From: an uncultured delta proteobacterium
GTDB lineage: Bacteria > Myxococcota_A > Polyangia > Haliangiales > Haliangiaceae
Length of the DNA: 64,000 nt
Reading direction: 5' to 3'
Assembly (NCBI GenBank): GCA_963743525.1
Contig: CAVUQH010000002.1
Coordinates: forward strand, 128,001 to 192,000
The translations under genes were made by a program, and so were the position numbers. This document shows positions 26,791-37,894 of the stretch, in pieces (position 1 is the stretch's first letter; the number at the start of each line of letters is the position of its first letter). The notes beneath the pieces were generated by a model. It was not told the DNA's origin. It made no database searches and worked only from the letters and a program-made list of their open reading frames with translations.

Positions 26791-27669
26791 TCAGGAGCCG
26801 GCGATCTTGTTGCCGCGCTCGTCGTAGCGGTGGAAACCACGCCCGGTCTTGCGCCCCAGCCAGCCGGCCGCGACGTGCTGCCGCAGCAGCGGGCACGGCC
26901 GGTATTTGTCGTCGCCCAGCTCGTTGTGCAGCACCTGGGCGATGGCCAGGCAGGTGTCCAGGCCGATGAGATCGGCCAGCTCGAGCGGCCCCATTGGATG
27001 GTTGAGGCCCAGCTTGACCCCGATGTCGATGTCGTCGGCGTCGCCGAGGCCCTCGTACAGGGCGTAGCAGGCCTCGTTGAGCAGCGGGATGAGCACCCGG
27101 TTGACGATGAAGCCGGGGATGTCGCGAGCGGCGATGGTGGTCTTGCCGAAGCTCTTGGCCAGCGCAACCGTGGTCTGGTAGGTGGCGTCGTCGGTCGGCA
27201 GCCCGCGAACCACCTCGACCAGCTTCATCAGCGGCACTGGATTCATGAAGTGCATGCCGATGACCTTCTCGGGCCGCTTGGTGGTGGCGCCGAGCTTGGT
27301 GATCGAGATCGACGAGGTGTTCGATGCCAGGATCGCGTCCGGCTTGGTTACCTCTTCCAGCTTCTGGAAGATGGCGACCTTGACCGCTTCGATCTCGGGC
27401 GCCGCCTCGACCACGAAGTCACACGGCGCCAGCGCGGCGTAGTCGCCGGCCGGCGTGATGTGACCCATGACCGCGTCGCGGGCGGCGGCGTCAATCTTGC
27501 CCTTCTCGACCAGCCGGTCGAGGGTCTTGCGGATCTTGCCGACCCCCTTCTCGGCCAGCGCCTGATCGGCGTCGAGGACGATCACGTCGAGGCCGGCCTG
27601 GGCGGCAACCTGGGCGATGCCCCGGCCCATCTGCCCGGCGCCGACCACTCCCAGCGTCTTGATCTCCAT
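26791..27669 (-). CDS. hbd: 3-hydroxybutyryl-CoA dehydrogenase
   Basis: Motifs VVGAGQMG.GIA, LASNTSSISIT, GMHFMNPVP, PGFIVNR and HPMGPLELAD.IGLD. Confidence 0.95.
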   Translation of the reverse strand: MEIKTLGVVGAGQMGRGIAQVAAQAGLDVIVLDADQALAEKGVGKIRKTLDRLVEKGKIDAAARDAVMGHITPAGDYAALAPCDFVVEAAPEIEAVKVAIFQKLEEVTKPDAILASNTSSISITKLGATTKRPEKVIGMHFMNPVPLMKLVEVVRGLPTDDATYQTTVALAKSFGKTTIAARDIPGFIVNRVLIPLLNEACYALYEGLGDADDIDIGVKLGLNHPMGPLELADLIGLDTCLAIAQVLHNELGDDKYRPCPLLRQHVAAGWLGRKTGRGFHRYDERGNKIAGS

Positions 27670-27670
27670 C

Positions 27671-28850
27671 TCAGCCCTCCCGCTCGACCAGCAGGGTGAT
27701 GCCCTCGCCGCCGCCGATGCACAGCGACGCGCCGCCGGTCTTCTTGCCCAGCCGCTTCATCGCCGACAGCAGGGTGACCAGGATGCGGGTGCCGGAGGCG
27801 CCGATCGGGTGGCCCAGCGACACCGCGCCGCCGTGGACGTTGACCTTGGCCTCGTCGAGGCCGAGGGTGCGGTTGTTGACCAGCGCGACCACCGCGAACG
27901 CCTCGTTGATCTCCCAGAGATCGACCTCCTTGGGGTCCCAGCCGGCCTTCTTGCACGCCTTCTCGATGGCGCCGGCGGGCGCGGTGGTGAACCACTCGGG
28001 CGCCTGCGCGTGCTGGCCGTGGGCGACCAGGGTGGCGATGATCGGCAGGCCGCGCTTCTCGGCCACGTCCCTGGCCATCAGCACCACGGCGGCGGCGCCG
28101 TCGTTCAGCGTCGAACGCGTTGCCCGCGGTGACCGAGCCGTCCTTCTCGAACGCGGCGCGCAGCGACGGCAGCTTGTCGATGCTGCCGCGGCCGGGCTCC
28201 TCGTCGGTGTCGACCACGACGTCGCCCTTGCGACCCTTGATGGTGACCGGAGCGATCTCTTCGGCGAACCAGCCCTGCTTCTGCGCTTCCAGCGAGCGGC
28301 GGTAGCTCTCGGCGGCGTAGCGATCCTGTTCCTCGCGCGAGATCTCCTTCTCGCGGGCGCACAGCTCGGCGCAGTTGCCCATGTGCTGATCGCCGTACGG
28401 ATCCCACAGACCGTCGTGGACCATCGAGTCGAGCGCGGTGATGTTGCCGAACTTGACCCCCTGGCGCAGCTTGGGCAGCACGTGCGGGGCACCGGACATC
28501 GACTCCATACCGCCGGCGATGGCGATGTCGCAGTCTCCACTGGCGATCGCCTGGGCGGCCAGGATCACGGTCTTGAGGCCGGAGCCGCACACTTTGTTGA
28601 CCGTGGTGCAGGGCACACCCTGGGGCAGCCCGGCGCCGAGCGCGGCCTGCCGTGCGGGAGCCTGGCCGAGACCAGCAGGCAACACGCAACCCATGTACAC
28701 TTCGCCGACGTCACCGGGCTCGATCCCGGCGCGCTCGAGCGCGGCGCGAATGGCTACGGCACCCAGCTTGGGCGCGGCGACGCTCGAGAGCGATCCGAGG
28801 AAGCTCCCAATCGGTGTCCGCGCGGCCCCAACGATGACGACTTCCCGCAT
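27671..28850 (-). CDS. Acetyl-CoA acetyltransferase (thiolase), +1 frameshift at 28110-28116
   Basis: ARTPIGSF, NKVCGSGL and GGMESMS are in one frame; LNDGAAA, EINEAFA, NVHGGAVSLGHPIGASG and SLCIGGG in another. Removing one base restores the conserved TAGNASTLNDGAA. Confidence 0.92.
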
Positions 28851-29058
28851 GCTTGGCCTCCTTGATTCGGCCCCGGGCCGCTGCCACAATGGGAGGCGGC
28901 GCGGCTCCAAAAAACCTGAACGCTTTTGAAAGTTTGACGGATGCCCAGCACGATGCCGCGCGCTGGAATCACGGCGCATGGATAGCCCACGCTTCGGCCC
29001 CGAGTCAAGCCGGCGGATCACGCGCCGAGCGGGCTTCAGTGCATTGTTTTCTGCGAGG

Positions 29059-30882
29059 TTGGCTCAGCTCGCGCTGGCCGCCGTGGGCCTGCTCGGCGGG
29101 GCCGGCTGCAGCGGCGACAGCAGCCTGACCACGGTCGACTTTCGCGTGGTCGGGCCACCGGCCGAAACCGGCGATGGCCGCTGTCCCGAGCTGATCGCGC
29201 CGGCCCCGGTCGACCTGTCCGGCGCCGACCGGGCGCGGTTCACCTTCCGCCGGCCCGGCGGCGGCCCGTTCCTGTGCGATGTCGTCCTGCCGCTGTCCGG
29301 TCCGGCTCGCGCCGTGGTCATCCCCGCCCTGGCCGACGAGCCCGGCCCGGTGGTCATCACCGTCGAGTATTTTGGCGACTTCGGCACCGGTCCGATGCTG
29401 CTCGGCCGCGGCGACACCACCGGCGAGCCCAACACCGATCGAACCATCGACATCCACGTCACCCCGACCGGCGACTTCAGCTGCACCGACGCCAGGCCAC
29501 ACACGCCGCGGGCCTTCCACAGCCTGACCACCCTGCCCAACGGCGAGCTGCTCATCGCCGGCGGCGTCGGCGCGGGCCCGGACGGCGACGGCACCGTCAA
29601 CCCGGCGGTGGCCGCCGGCCAGCTGTTCGCGCTGGGTGACCTGGAGATCTTCGACCCGCTGGCGGGCACCGTGCGCACGCTGGCGGCCCCCTCGCTCACG
29701 CCGCGGGCGATGCACGAGGCGGTGGTGCTCCCCGACCGCGCCGACGGGCTGATCCGCGTGGCGCTGATCGGCGGGCTGACCGTCAACGGCGATCCGGAGG
29801 CGCTGCCGGTGCTGCGGCCGGGCACCGCGGCCGAGGCGTTCCGGCTGATGCCGACGGCTGACGCGGTACCGGCGCCGACCGAGGTCATCACCTACGACCC
29901 GACCCGTTTCACCGCGGCGGTCGAGCGGATCGGCGCAGTGGCCGGCACCGGCATCCTGCCCGCCGCCGGCGCCGGTGGCGGATCTCCGGTGCCGTCGCCA
30001 CCGGTCGTCTTCGGCGGCTTCGCCGACGCGACCCTGGCCGCCGGCGCGACCGCGTTCAGCGCCATCGACACCGCGTCCGGCGCGGTCTCCGGTTCCGGCA
30101 CGGCGGTCACCGCCCGCGTCGGCGCGTCGGTCACGCCGCTGGGCGACAGCCGCACGCTGGTCTGGAGCGGCGCCATCTTCGGCGCACTCGATGCCGGCTC
30201 GCGGGCCGGCGAGATCATCTCCAACGACGGCTCGGGGCCGGTGGCGGCGGCGGTGGCGTTGTCGACGACCAGCGCCGGGCCGACCCCGAGGGCGTTCCAC
30301 CGCGCGGTGCAGGTCGGTCCCGGCGAGGTGCTGATCGCCGGCGGCTTCTCCGTGGCGATGATGACCGCCCAGACGCCGGCGCCGCAGCTTGGCCAGATCG
30401 TCCACGTCGACACCGAGGTGACGGTGGAGAACCTGAGCGCGGGCGCGCCGGCGACGCCGGTCGGCTACCCGTCGCTGGCTCCGCTGGCCGGCGGCGGCGC
30501 TCTGCTCAGCGGCGGCTCACCCGACGTCGGCGCCGACGGCTGCCTGCCCGGCGACACCACCGGCCTCGGCTGCGCGGTCGCCAGCGCTTACGTCTACCGG
30601 CTGACCAGCGGCGGTCTGGCGCCAACCGGCAGCCTGCGCGTGCCGCGCTATGGCCACCGCGGTGCGCTGCTGCCCGACGGCCGCGTGGTGGTGACCGGCG
30701 GGCTGCACGCCGGCAACGCGCTGGAGCTGATCCCGGACGCCGAGATCTACGACCCGCGCACCGTCGCCGACGACCCGCTGGCCGACCTCCGCCCCGAGGT
30801 CGTGCGCGCCCCCGGCGACATCGCCCGCGACTGGCAGAGCCTCGACCCGGTCGCCGAGTGCCAGGTCATCGAGATCCCGTAG
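29059..30882 (+). CDS. Kelch-repeat lipoprotein
   Basis: Lipobox-like GAGC; repeated kelch-type motifs (PRAFHS.T.LPNGELLIAGG, PRAMH, PRAFH, PRYGH..ALLPDGRVVVTGG, AEIYDP). Start uncertain. Confidence 0.8.
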   Translation: MAQLALAAVGLLGGAGCSGDSSLTTVDFRVVGPPAETGDGRCPELIAPAPVDLSGADRARFTFRRPGGGPFLCDVVLPLSGPARAVVIPALADEPGPVVITVEYFGDFGTGPMLLGRGDTTGEPNTDRTIDIHVTPTGDFSCTDARPHTPRAFHSLTTLPNGELLIAGGVGAGPDGDGTVNPAVAAGQLFALGDLEIFDPLAGTVRTLAAPSLTPRAMHEAVVLPDRADGLIRVALIGGLTVNGDPEALPVLRPGTAAEAFRLMPTADAVPAPTEVITYDPTRFTAAVERIGAVAGTGILPAAGAGGGSPVPSPPVVFGGFADATLAAGATAFSAIDTASGAVSGSGTAVTARVGASVTPLGDSRTLVWSGAIFGALDAGSRAGEIISNDGSGPVAAAVALSTTSAGPTPRAFHRAVQVGPGEVLIAGGFSVAMMTAQTPAPQLGQIVHVDTEVTVENLSAGAPATPVGYPSLAPLAGGGALLSGGSPDVGADGCLPGDTTGLGCAVASAYVYRLTSGGLAPTGSLRVPRYGHRGALLPDGRVVVTGGLHAGNALELIPDAEIYDPRTVADDPLADLRPEVVRAPGDIARDWQSLDPVAECQVIEIP

Positions 30883-30893
30883 GCGACCGCCCC

Positions 30894-32040
30894 TCAGCGA
30901 AACTGTCGTGCTCTCGCGAGGATAGCCGGGATCTCTTCGAGCACTACGGCAACTTCGTCGAGAGTCGTCTCCGGCCCGGTGGAGAAGCGCACAGCCTCGG
31001 CGGCGCGCTCGGCCGACAGCCCGGTGGCCAGCAGCACCGGCGAGGGCGCCACGGTTCCCGACGTACAGGCGGCGCCGGTCGAACACGGCCACGCCGGCCA
31101 GGTCGAGGGCGGTGACGACCACCTCGCCCAGAGCGCCGTCGAAGCCGGCGTTGACCGTGTTGCCAACCCGGCGTGCGCCCCCGCCGTGGATGCGCACGCC
31201 GTCGATGGCGAGCAGCCCGGCCTCGAGCGCTGCGGCGGCGCCGTTGGCCGCGGCCCGGCGCGCCTCGCCGTCGGTGCGGGCCAGCTCGGCCGCCGCGCCG
31301 AAGCCGACCGCGCCCAGCAGGTTCTCGGTGCCCGGACGTCGTCCCCGCTCCTGGCCGCCGCCCGCCGGCGGCGCTGCCAGCTCGACGCCGCCGGCGATCC
31401 ACAGCGCGCCACAGCCGGCCGGGCCGCCGATCTTGTGCGCCGAGACTGCCACCGCGGAGGCGCCCAGCTGCGCGACCGCCAGCGGCAGCTTGCCCAGCGC
31501 CTGGACCGCGTCGGCCAGCACCGCCACCCCGTGCCCGCGGGCGATCGCCGACAGCGCCGCCACCTCCTGCACCGTGCCCAGCTCGTGGTTGGCCACCTGC
31601 AGCGTCAGCAGCGCGGCGCCGGCGGCACATTCGCGGGTCAACGCGTCGGCATCGACCACGCCGTCGGCATCGACCGGCAGCTCTTCCACCGCGAAGCCGT
31701 CTCCGGCCAGCGCCCGGCACGCCCCGGTGACCGCCGGGTGCTCGATGCCGCTGGTCAGGATCCGCGCCGGCCGCCCGGCCGCACGCGCCGCCCGGGCCAG
31801 ACCGCGAACGCCCAACAGGTCGGCCTCGGTACCACCGCTGGTGAAGACCAGCTCGCTGGCCGCGGCCCCGAGCAGCGCCGCAACCTGGGCGCGCGCGCGC
31901 TCGAGTCGGTCCCGGGCCGCGCGCCCTTCCGCGTGCACACTCGACGGGTTGCCGGACGGGGCCTGCGCCAGCTCGGCCACGGCGCGGCGCACCGCCGGCG
32001 GCATCGGCGCGGTCGCGTTGTAGTCGAGATAGATGCGCAA
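30894..32040 (-). CDS. Cysteine desulfurase (NifS/IscS family), +1 frameshift at 31078-31084
   Basis: Motifs IYLDYNAT, GNPSS.H, FTSGGTE, SAHKIGGP and RPGTEN. The catalytic loop STGAACTSG...PSPVL is in the next frame and is restored by removing one base. Confidence 0.9.
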
Positions 32041-32141
32041 GAGCGGAACCTCCCGGGCGAAATTGACAGGGTGGCGGGGGAGACATCATGATGATGTCCC
32101 GTCCCTTTGGCGGGTTTTTCTCTAGGTTTTTCGGGAATCTC

Positions 32142-34112
32142 GTGGCGGATGGAGCCGGGTCCCTACTCGTTCGATCGAAGCTGATCGGGGAAGAGCAGCT
32201 CGCGCTCGCTCGGGAGGCCAAGACCTCGCGTGGCGGCTCGGTCGGCGAATACCTGGTCCTCGGTGGCGTCAACGACGAGCGGCTGACCAACTTCTACCAC
32301 ACGCGGCTCATGGTCCCGCGGCTGGATCCCAACCTGCTCGCGCGCATCCAGCAGCGGATCATCGCCAAGATCCCGGCCGACATGGCCGCCGAGTTCCGGG
32401 TGGTGCCGGTCGCCCTCGACCGCGACCAGAACCTGACCGTGTGCATGAGCGACCCCAGCGATACGCACGCGATCGACGAGATCGGATTCTTCACCGGCTG
32501 CTACGTCATGCGCGCGGTCGCCACCCAGCGACAGATCGCCTGGTGCCTGGCCCACTACTACGGAATCATCACGGAGCTCGGCGAGACGCTGCTCGAAGCG
32601 CGGGAGCCGGAGCCGCAACCGACCGAGCCGGAGCCGAGCCCGGCCGATGGCATACCGCGCCCGGTCAGGCGCCCGGGACCGGTGACGCAGAAGGTCGAAG
32701 CCAGCCGCCACAAGGTGGTTCCGCCCGAGGCCGCGGAGAGTTCCCAGCCGATCGAAATCACCATCGGTCCGGCGCCGACCGAGCGCGAGGAGACCGGCCC
32801 GACCGGACCGGTCCCGCGCCGCCCAACGCAGGAGCCAAACCCGCCCGAGCTGGGCGAGCGCGTGGGTGAAGTCGAGGTCCGCAGCGAGACCGACGCGACG
32901 CCGGCCTCGAGCCGCTCGGACCTGCCAGCGGTCGTGCTCGGGTTCGACGAAGACAATCCCATCGACACCATCATCGAAGAGGACGAGGGCGACGAGGTCG
33001 TGATCCTCGATCGCCCGCGCTCGCCCAGCAGCGAGCCGCCGCCCTCGGTCGAGATGGTCGAGTCGAGCGGCGCCGCCTCCGACGACACCGACGTGGTGGT
33101 GCTGGATCAGCCCAAGCGCCGGCGCCGCGAGTCGCGCAGCACGCAGCTGGGGCTGGGCATCGTGCCGGCCGCGCGCCCGCGACGCGAAGCGGCCGACAGC
33201 GGTGCGCTGCCCGGTGTCGCCCCGGCCGCCGAGACCGAGCCGCCCGCCACCACCGAAGCGGAGACGCCCGCCGCCGCTACCCGGGCCGAGCCGCCCGCTG
33301 CGGTCGCCGAAGCGGACGTGCCCGCCGCCGTTCCCCAGCCGATCGCCGACGAGACCACCGACGCCAACGCCACCGGACGCCACCGGCGGATCGACTACGA
33401 CGAGAGCGGCTGGGGCGACGACGACTTCGGCCCGCCGGGCACGACCATCCCCCCGGCCTATCTGGGCGCCATGCCCGACACCGAGTCGACCGGGCCGCAC
33501 AACGCCATCCCGCTCAACGTCCCCGAGGACGAGAGCGGCGCGGTATCGGTGCCGGTACGCGCGCCCAGCGGTGAGAAGGTCGCCACCCTGGCCGCGACCA
33601 TGGAAGATGTCGCCGACTCCCAGCGCGAGCTGGAGCAGTCGTCCATCCGACTGGTCGAGACCCTGCGCGCGCTCGACGGCGCCAGCACTCGCGACGCCAT
33701 CGTCGAGGCGCTGCTCGATCACGCGGCGATGTCGTTCAAGCGGACGGCGTTCCTGGTGGTCAAGGGCGGCAAGCTGGTGCCGTTCAAGCACAAGGGCAAG
33801 GGGATGGCCGGCGGCTTCAAGACGGCCAGCCTGGCGCTGGGCACACCGTCAACGATTCGCGACGTGGTCCAGGCGCGGCTGCCGTTCCGCGGCCGCCTGC
33901 CCGACCCGCTGTCGCAGGACTTCATCGCCAGCGTCTTCGGCAACGTCCCGCCCGAGATCCTGATCCTGCCGTGCGCGGTGCGCGACCGGCCGGTCGGCGT
34001 GCTGTGTGGGACCGACCGCTCCGGGCGCATCTTCCACGAGCACCTGTCCGTCGTGCTTCGCGGCGCCGGCGACGCCTTCGAGCGCATCCTCAAGCAGCGC
34101 AAGGGCAGCTGA
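32142..34112 (+). CDS. GspE/PilB N-terminal (MshEN-like) domain protein with a long acidic/Pro linker and a C-terminal GAF-like domain; no ATPase domain
   Basis: GSLLV..KLI.EEQL...., IPADMA.EFRVVPV, CMSDPSD; C-terminal LILPCAVRDRPVGVLCG; no Walker A motif seen. Confidence 0.7.
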   Translation: MADGAGSLLVRSKLIGEEQLALAREAKTSRGGSVGEYLVLGGVNDERLTNFYHTRLMVPRLDPNLLARIQQRIIAKIPADMAAEFRVVPVALDRDQNLTVCMSDPSDTHAIDEIGFFTGCYVMRAVATQRQIAWCLAHYYGIITELGETLLEAREPEPQPTEPEPSPADGIPRPVRRPGPVTQKVEASRHKVVPPEAAESSQPIEITIGPAPTEREETGPTGPVPRRPTQEPNPPELGERVGEVEVRSETDATPASSRSDLPAVVLGFDEDNPIDTIIEEDEGDEVVILDRPRSPSSEPPPSVEMVESSGAASDDTDVVVLDQPKRRRRESRSTQLGLGIVPAARPRREAADSGALPGVAPAAETEPPATTEAETPAAATRAEPPAAVAEADVPAAVPQPIADETTDANATGRHRRIDYDESGWGDDDFGPPGTTIPPAYLGAMPDTESTGPHNAIPLNVPEDESGAVSVPVRAPSGEKVATLAATMEDVADSQRELEQSSIRLVETLRALDGASTRDAIVEALLDHAAMSFKRTAFLVVKGGKLVPFKHKGKGMAGGFKTASLALGTPSTIRDVVQARLPFRGRLPDPLSQDFIASVFGNVPPEILILPCAVRDRPVGVLCGTDRSGRIFHEHLSVVLRGAGDAFERILKQRKGS

Positions 34113-34145
34113 GGCCCGCGCGCGGCGTCGATCGGGCGACCGCGG

Positions 34146-35492
34146 TCAGTAGGTGCCGACGCTGGCCGACGGGCTGGCGGTGCCGCTGTTGTTGAACGTC
34201 GTCGAAGTGATGATGCGAATGCGGCCGACGCCGCCGCCACCGCCGCCGCCGTTGCCGTTGTCGGGCGCGTCGCCGCCGGTCTGCGGACTGGCCGCGCCGG
34301 TGCCGCCGTCGCCGCCGGCCGCGCCCAACGTGCCGCCGGCGTTGCCGCCCGCCGGCGCGGTGAGCGACAGGGTGCCGTCACCGCCGGCCTGGCCGTCATT
34401 GCTGCCCGCGCCGCCACCGCCGCCGCCGCCGTGAGCCGCCAGCGTACCCGACAGGTTGACCGTGGGTGCCTGCAGGAAGATCGCACCGCCGGAGCCGGCG
34501 CCCGCCGCCGCACCCCACTGATTGGTGCAGCTGATGCCCTTGCCGCCGCCGCCACCGCCGGCGTTGATGCCGCCGGAGACGGTGATGGTGAGGCCGGCGT
34601 AGATCTGCACCGCACCGCCGCCGGCGCCAGCCGGATCGGAGACGCAGTTGATCGCCGCGCCGCCACCGGAGCCGCCCTGGAGTATGTCCAGAGTGCTGTT
34701 GCCGTAGGCGCTGCCGGCGGCGCCGCCGGCCAGCGTGCAGTTGAAGCCGCAGTTGACGTTGCCGCCGCGGGCTCCAGCGCCGCCAAAGCCACCGCCGCCG
34801 CCGCCGGAGTCGCGATAGAGACCACTGTGCGCGCCATCGCTGCCGGCACCGCTGCCGGCCCCCGCGGCGCTGCCGCCGGCGCCCGCGGTGTCGTGCTTGG
34901 CGCCGGCATCGAGGGTGCCCTCGATGGTCACGGTGCCGCTGGCGACGATGACCAGCGGCCGGCTGCCGACCACGGTCACCGTCTGCCCGCTCTGCACCGT
35001 CAGCGAGCGGACGTGGAGCACGGCCACATCGGGACCGGTCGCCGGATCCTGGGTTGACGTGTCGAACACCGCGCCACCCGGCGGCGTCGTGCCGTCGATG
35101 GTGAGGTTCGAGGTATCGATGGTGACGCTGGCCAGGCTCAGGTCGGCCCGGGTTGCGTATTCAGCCGACGGCGGCAGATGAACGACGTCCTCGGTGATCG
35201 GATCCGGGCCCATCGCGTCGGGCGTGCCCGCGTCCGGCGTCTGCATCGCGTCCGGCGTCTGCATCGCGTCCGGCGTCTGCATCGCGTCCGGCGTTCCCGG
35301 CGCCGCGTCGATCGTCACCGCCGCGTCGGGCGTTCCCGGCGCCGCGTCGATCGTCACCGCCGCGTCGGCGGGCTGGCGCGCATCGACCGATGACGACGCA
35401 TCGTCACCGCCGAAGCCGACACCTCCCTGATCGAACGAGCAACCGCTGGCTGCAACTGCCAGCCCGAGCGTAATCCATCTAATGACGGGCAA
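34146..35492 (-). CDS. Gly-rich exported lipoprotein with a PDA-repeat stalk
   Basis: Lipobox ASGC; repeats DAAVTIDAAPGTP x2 and DAMQTP x3; GGSGGG, GGGAVQI and GGGGGVGRIRI motifs. Confidence 0.8.
   Translation of the reverse strand: MPVIRWITLGLAVAASGCSFDQGGVGFGGDDASSSVDARQPADAAVTIDAAPGTPDAAVTIDAAPGTPDAMQTPDAMQTPDAMQTPDAGTPDAMGPDPITEDVVHLPPSAEYATRADLSLASVTIDTSNLTIDGTTPPGGAVFDTSTQDPATGPDVAVLHVRSLTVQSGQTVTVVGSRPLVIVASGTVTIEGTLDAGAKHDTAGAGGSAAGAGSGAGSDGAHSGLYRDSGGGGGGFGGAGARGGNVNCGFNCTLAGGAAGSAYGNSTLDILQGGSGGGAAINCVSDPAGAGGGAVQIYAGLTITVSGGINAGGGGGGKGISCTNQWGAAAGAGSGGAIFLQAPTVNLSGTLAAHGGGGGGGAGSNDGQAGGDGTLSLTAPAGGNAGGTLGAAGGDGGTGAASPQTGGDAPDNGNGGGGGGGVGRIRIITSTTFNNSGTASPSASVGTY
35215..35370. repeat. 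Coding tandem repeats (18-bp x3 and 39-bp x2) in the Gly-rich lipoprotein
   Basis: TCCGGCGTCTGCATCGCG x3 and a duplicated unit containing GGCGTTCCCGGCGCCGCGTCGATCGTCACCGCCGCGTC. Confidence 0.85.
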
Positions 35493-35528
35493 TGCCCGGA
35501 TGTTATCACGTGCCGGCGATCGGGCAGC

Positions 35529-36611
<1,083 letters not shown>

Positions 36612-36620
36612 GTCATGCTC

Positions 36621-37832
36621 CTAGCGAGAAAGGTCAGTCAGCTCGAGGCCGAGGATTTCGGCGCTCTGCTTGCGAATCTCGTCGAGCCGGTCGGTGGCCG
36701 GCTGGTCGTCCAGGCGGATCCGCGCGCACGCGGTCTCGCCACCCTCGAAGATCAGGTTGTCCATCTCCTCGACGTTGATGCGCGACTTGCTGAGCACGTC
36801 GAACACCACCGCGAGCACGCCCGGGCGATTGCGATGGCGCACCGTCAGCATGCAGGTGGCAGGGCTGCGCACGGCGCGGTTGACGCAGTTGGGCACCTCG
36901 CCGGTGTCGCGGTAGGTGCGGACCACGCGCACCGCTTCCATGGCGATCGCCTGTTGTGCCTGGTCCGTCGACGCGCCGATGTGGTGGGTGCCGTAGACGC
37001 CGGGATCGGCGACCAGGTCCGACTGCCACTCGGCAACCCCCGAGCCGGGCTCGTTGGCGTAGACGTCGAGGCCGGCGCGCAAACCCTTGTCGGCGATGCC
37101 CTTGCGCAGGGCGGCCTCGTCGACCACCGCGCCACGCGAGGTGTTGATCAGGTACGCGCCCGGCTTCATCGCGTCGACGAAGGCGTCGTCGATCAGGTTG
37201 CGCGTCTCCGCAGTCAACGCGACGTGCACGGTGACGACGTCGGCGTGGCGAGCGACGTCAACCGGCGTCGCCGCGTGGCGCACGCCCAGCGCTTCGGCGT
37301 CCTCGGGGGTCAGGCTGCGCGACCACGCGACCACCGGCATGCCGAAGCCGCGCGCGCGCACCACCACCTCGCGAGCGATGGTGCCCATGCCCAGCACGCC
37401 GAGGGTGCGGCCGAACAGACCGCGCGCGACGCCGTACTCCTTCTTGTTCCACTTCCCGGAGCGCAGGTCGCGGGTCTGATCGGGCACGCGGCGGTCGCAC
37501 GAGAGGATCAGCGCCCAGGCCAGCTCGGCCACGGCGATGGCGTTCTTGCCCGGGCAGTTGGCGACGAAGATGCCGGCCCGCGACGCGGCCACCACGTCGA
37601 TGGTGTCGTAGCCGGCGCCGGCGCGGACCACCAGCTTGAGCCGCGACCCGGCAGCGATGGCGTCGGCGGTCACCTTGGTGCTGCGGACGATCAGGGCATC
37701 GGGGTCGTGCTCGGCCAGGGCCGCAGGCAGGGTGTCGGCGCCCAGAGACGGATCCGATACCACCTGGCAGCCGATGTCGGCGAGCCGTTGGCGCCCGACC
37801 TGTTCGAACTTGTCGGCGATGAGGATCTTCAT
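36621..37832 (-). CDS. serA: D-3-phosphoglycerate dehydrogenase with C-terminal ACT domain
   Basis: Motifs VRAGAGYDTID, NAIAVAEL, INTSRG.VVDE, HHIGAST.QAQ and the ACT-type HRNRPGVLA; adjacent to serC. Confidence 0.88.
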   Translation of the reverse strand: MKILIADKFEQVGRQRLADIGCQVVSDPSLGADTLPAALAEHDPDALIVRSTKVTADAIAAGSRLKLVVRAGAGYDTIDVVAASRAGIFVANCPGKNAIAVAELAWALILSCDRRVPDQTRDLRSGKWNKKEYGVARGLFGRTLGVLGMGTIAREVVVRARGFGMPVVAWSRSLTPEDAEALGVRHAATPVDVARHADVVTVHVALTAETRNLIDDAFVDAMKPGAYLINTSRGAVVDEAALRKGIADKGLRAGLDVYANEPGSGVAEWQSDLVADPGVYGTHHIGASTDQAQQAIAMEAVRVVRTYRDTGEVPNCVNRAVRSPATCMLTVRHRNRPGVLAVVFDVLSKSRINVEEMDNLIFEGGETACARIRLDDQPATDRLDEIRKQSAEILGLELTDLSR

Positions 37833-37894
37833 CGCCGGCATCATAGTGGCGCCGATAGAAAATGAAAGGGGGGTACCGGCGCAGCAGCGGCCGG

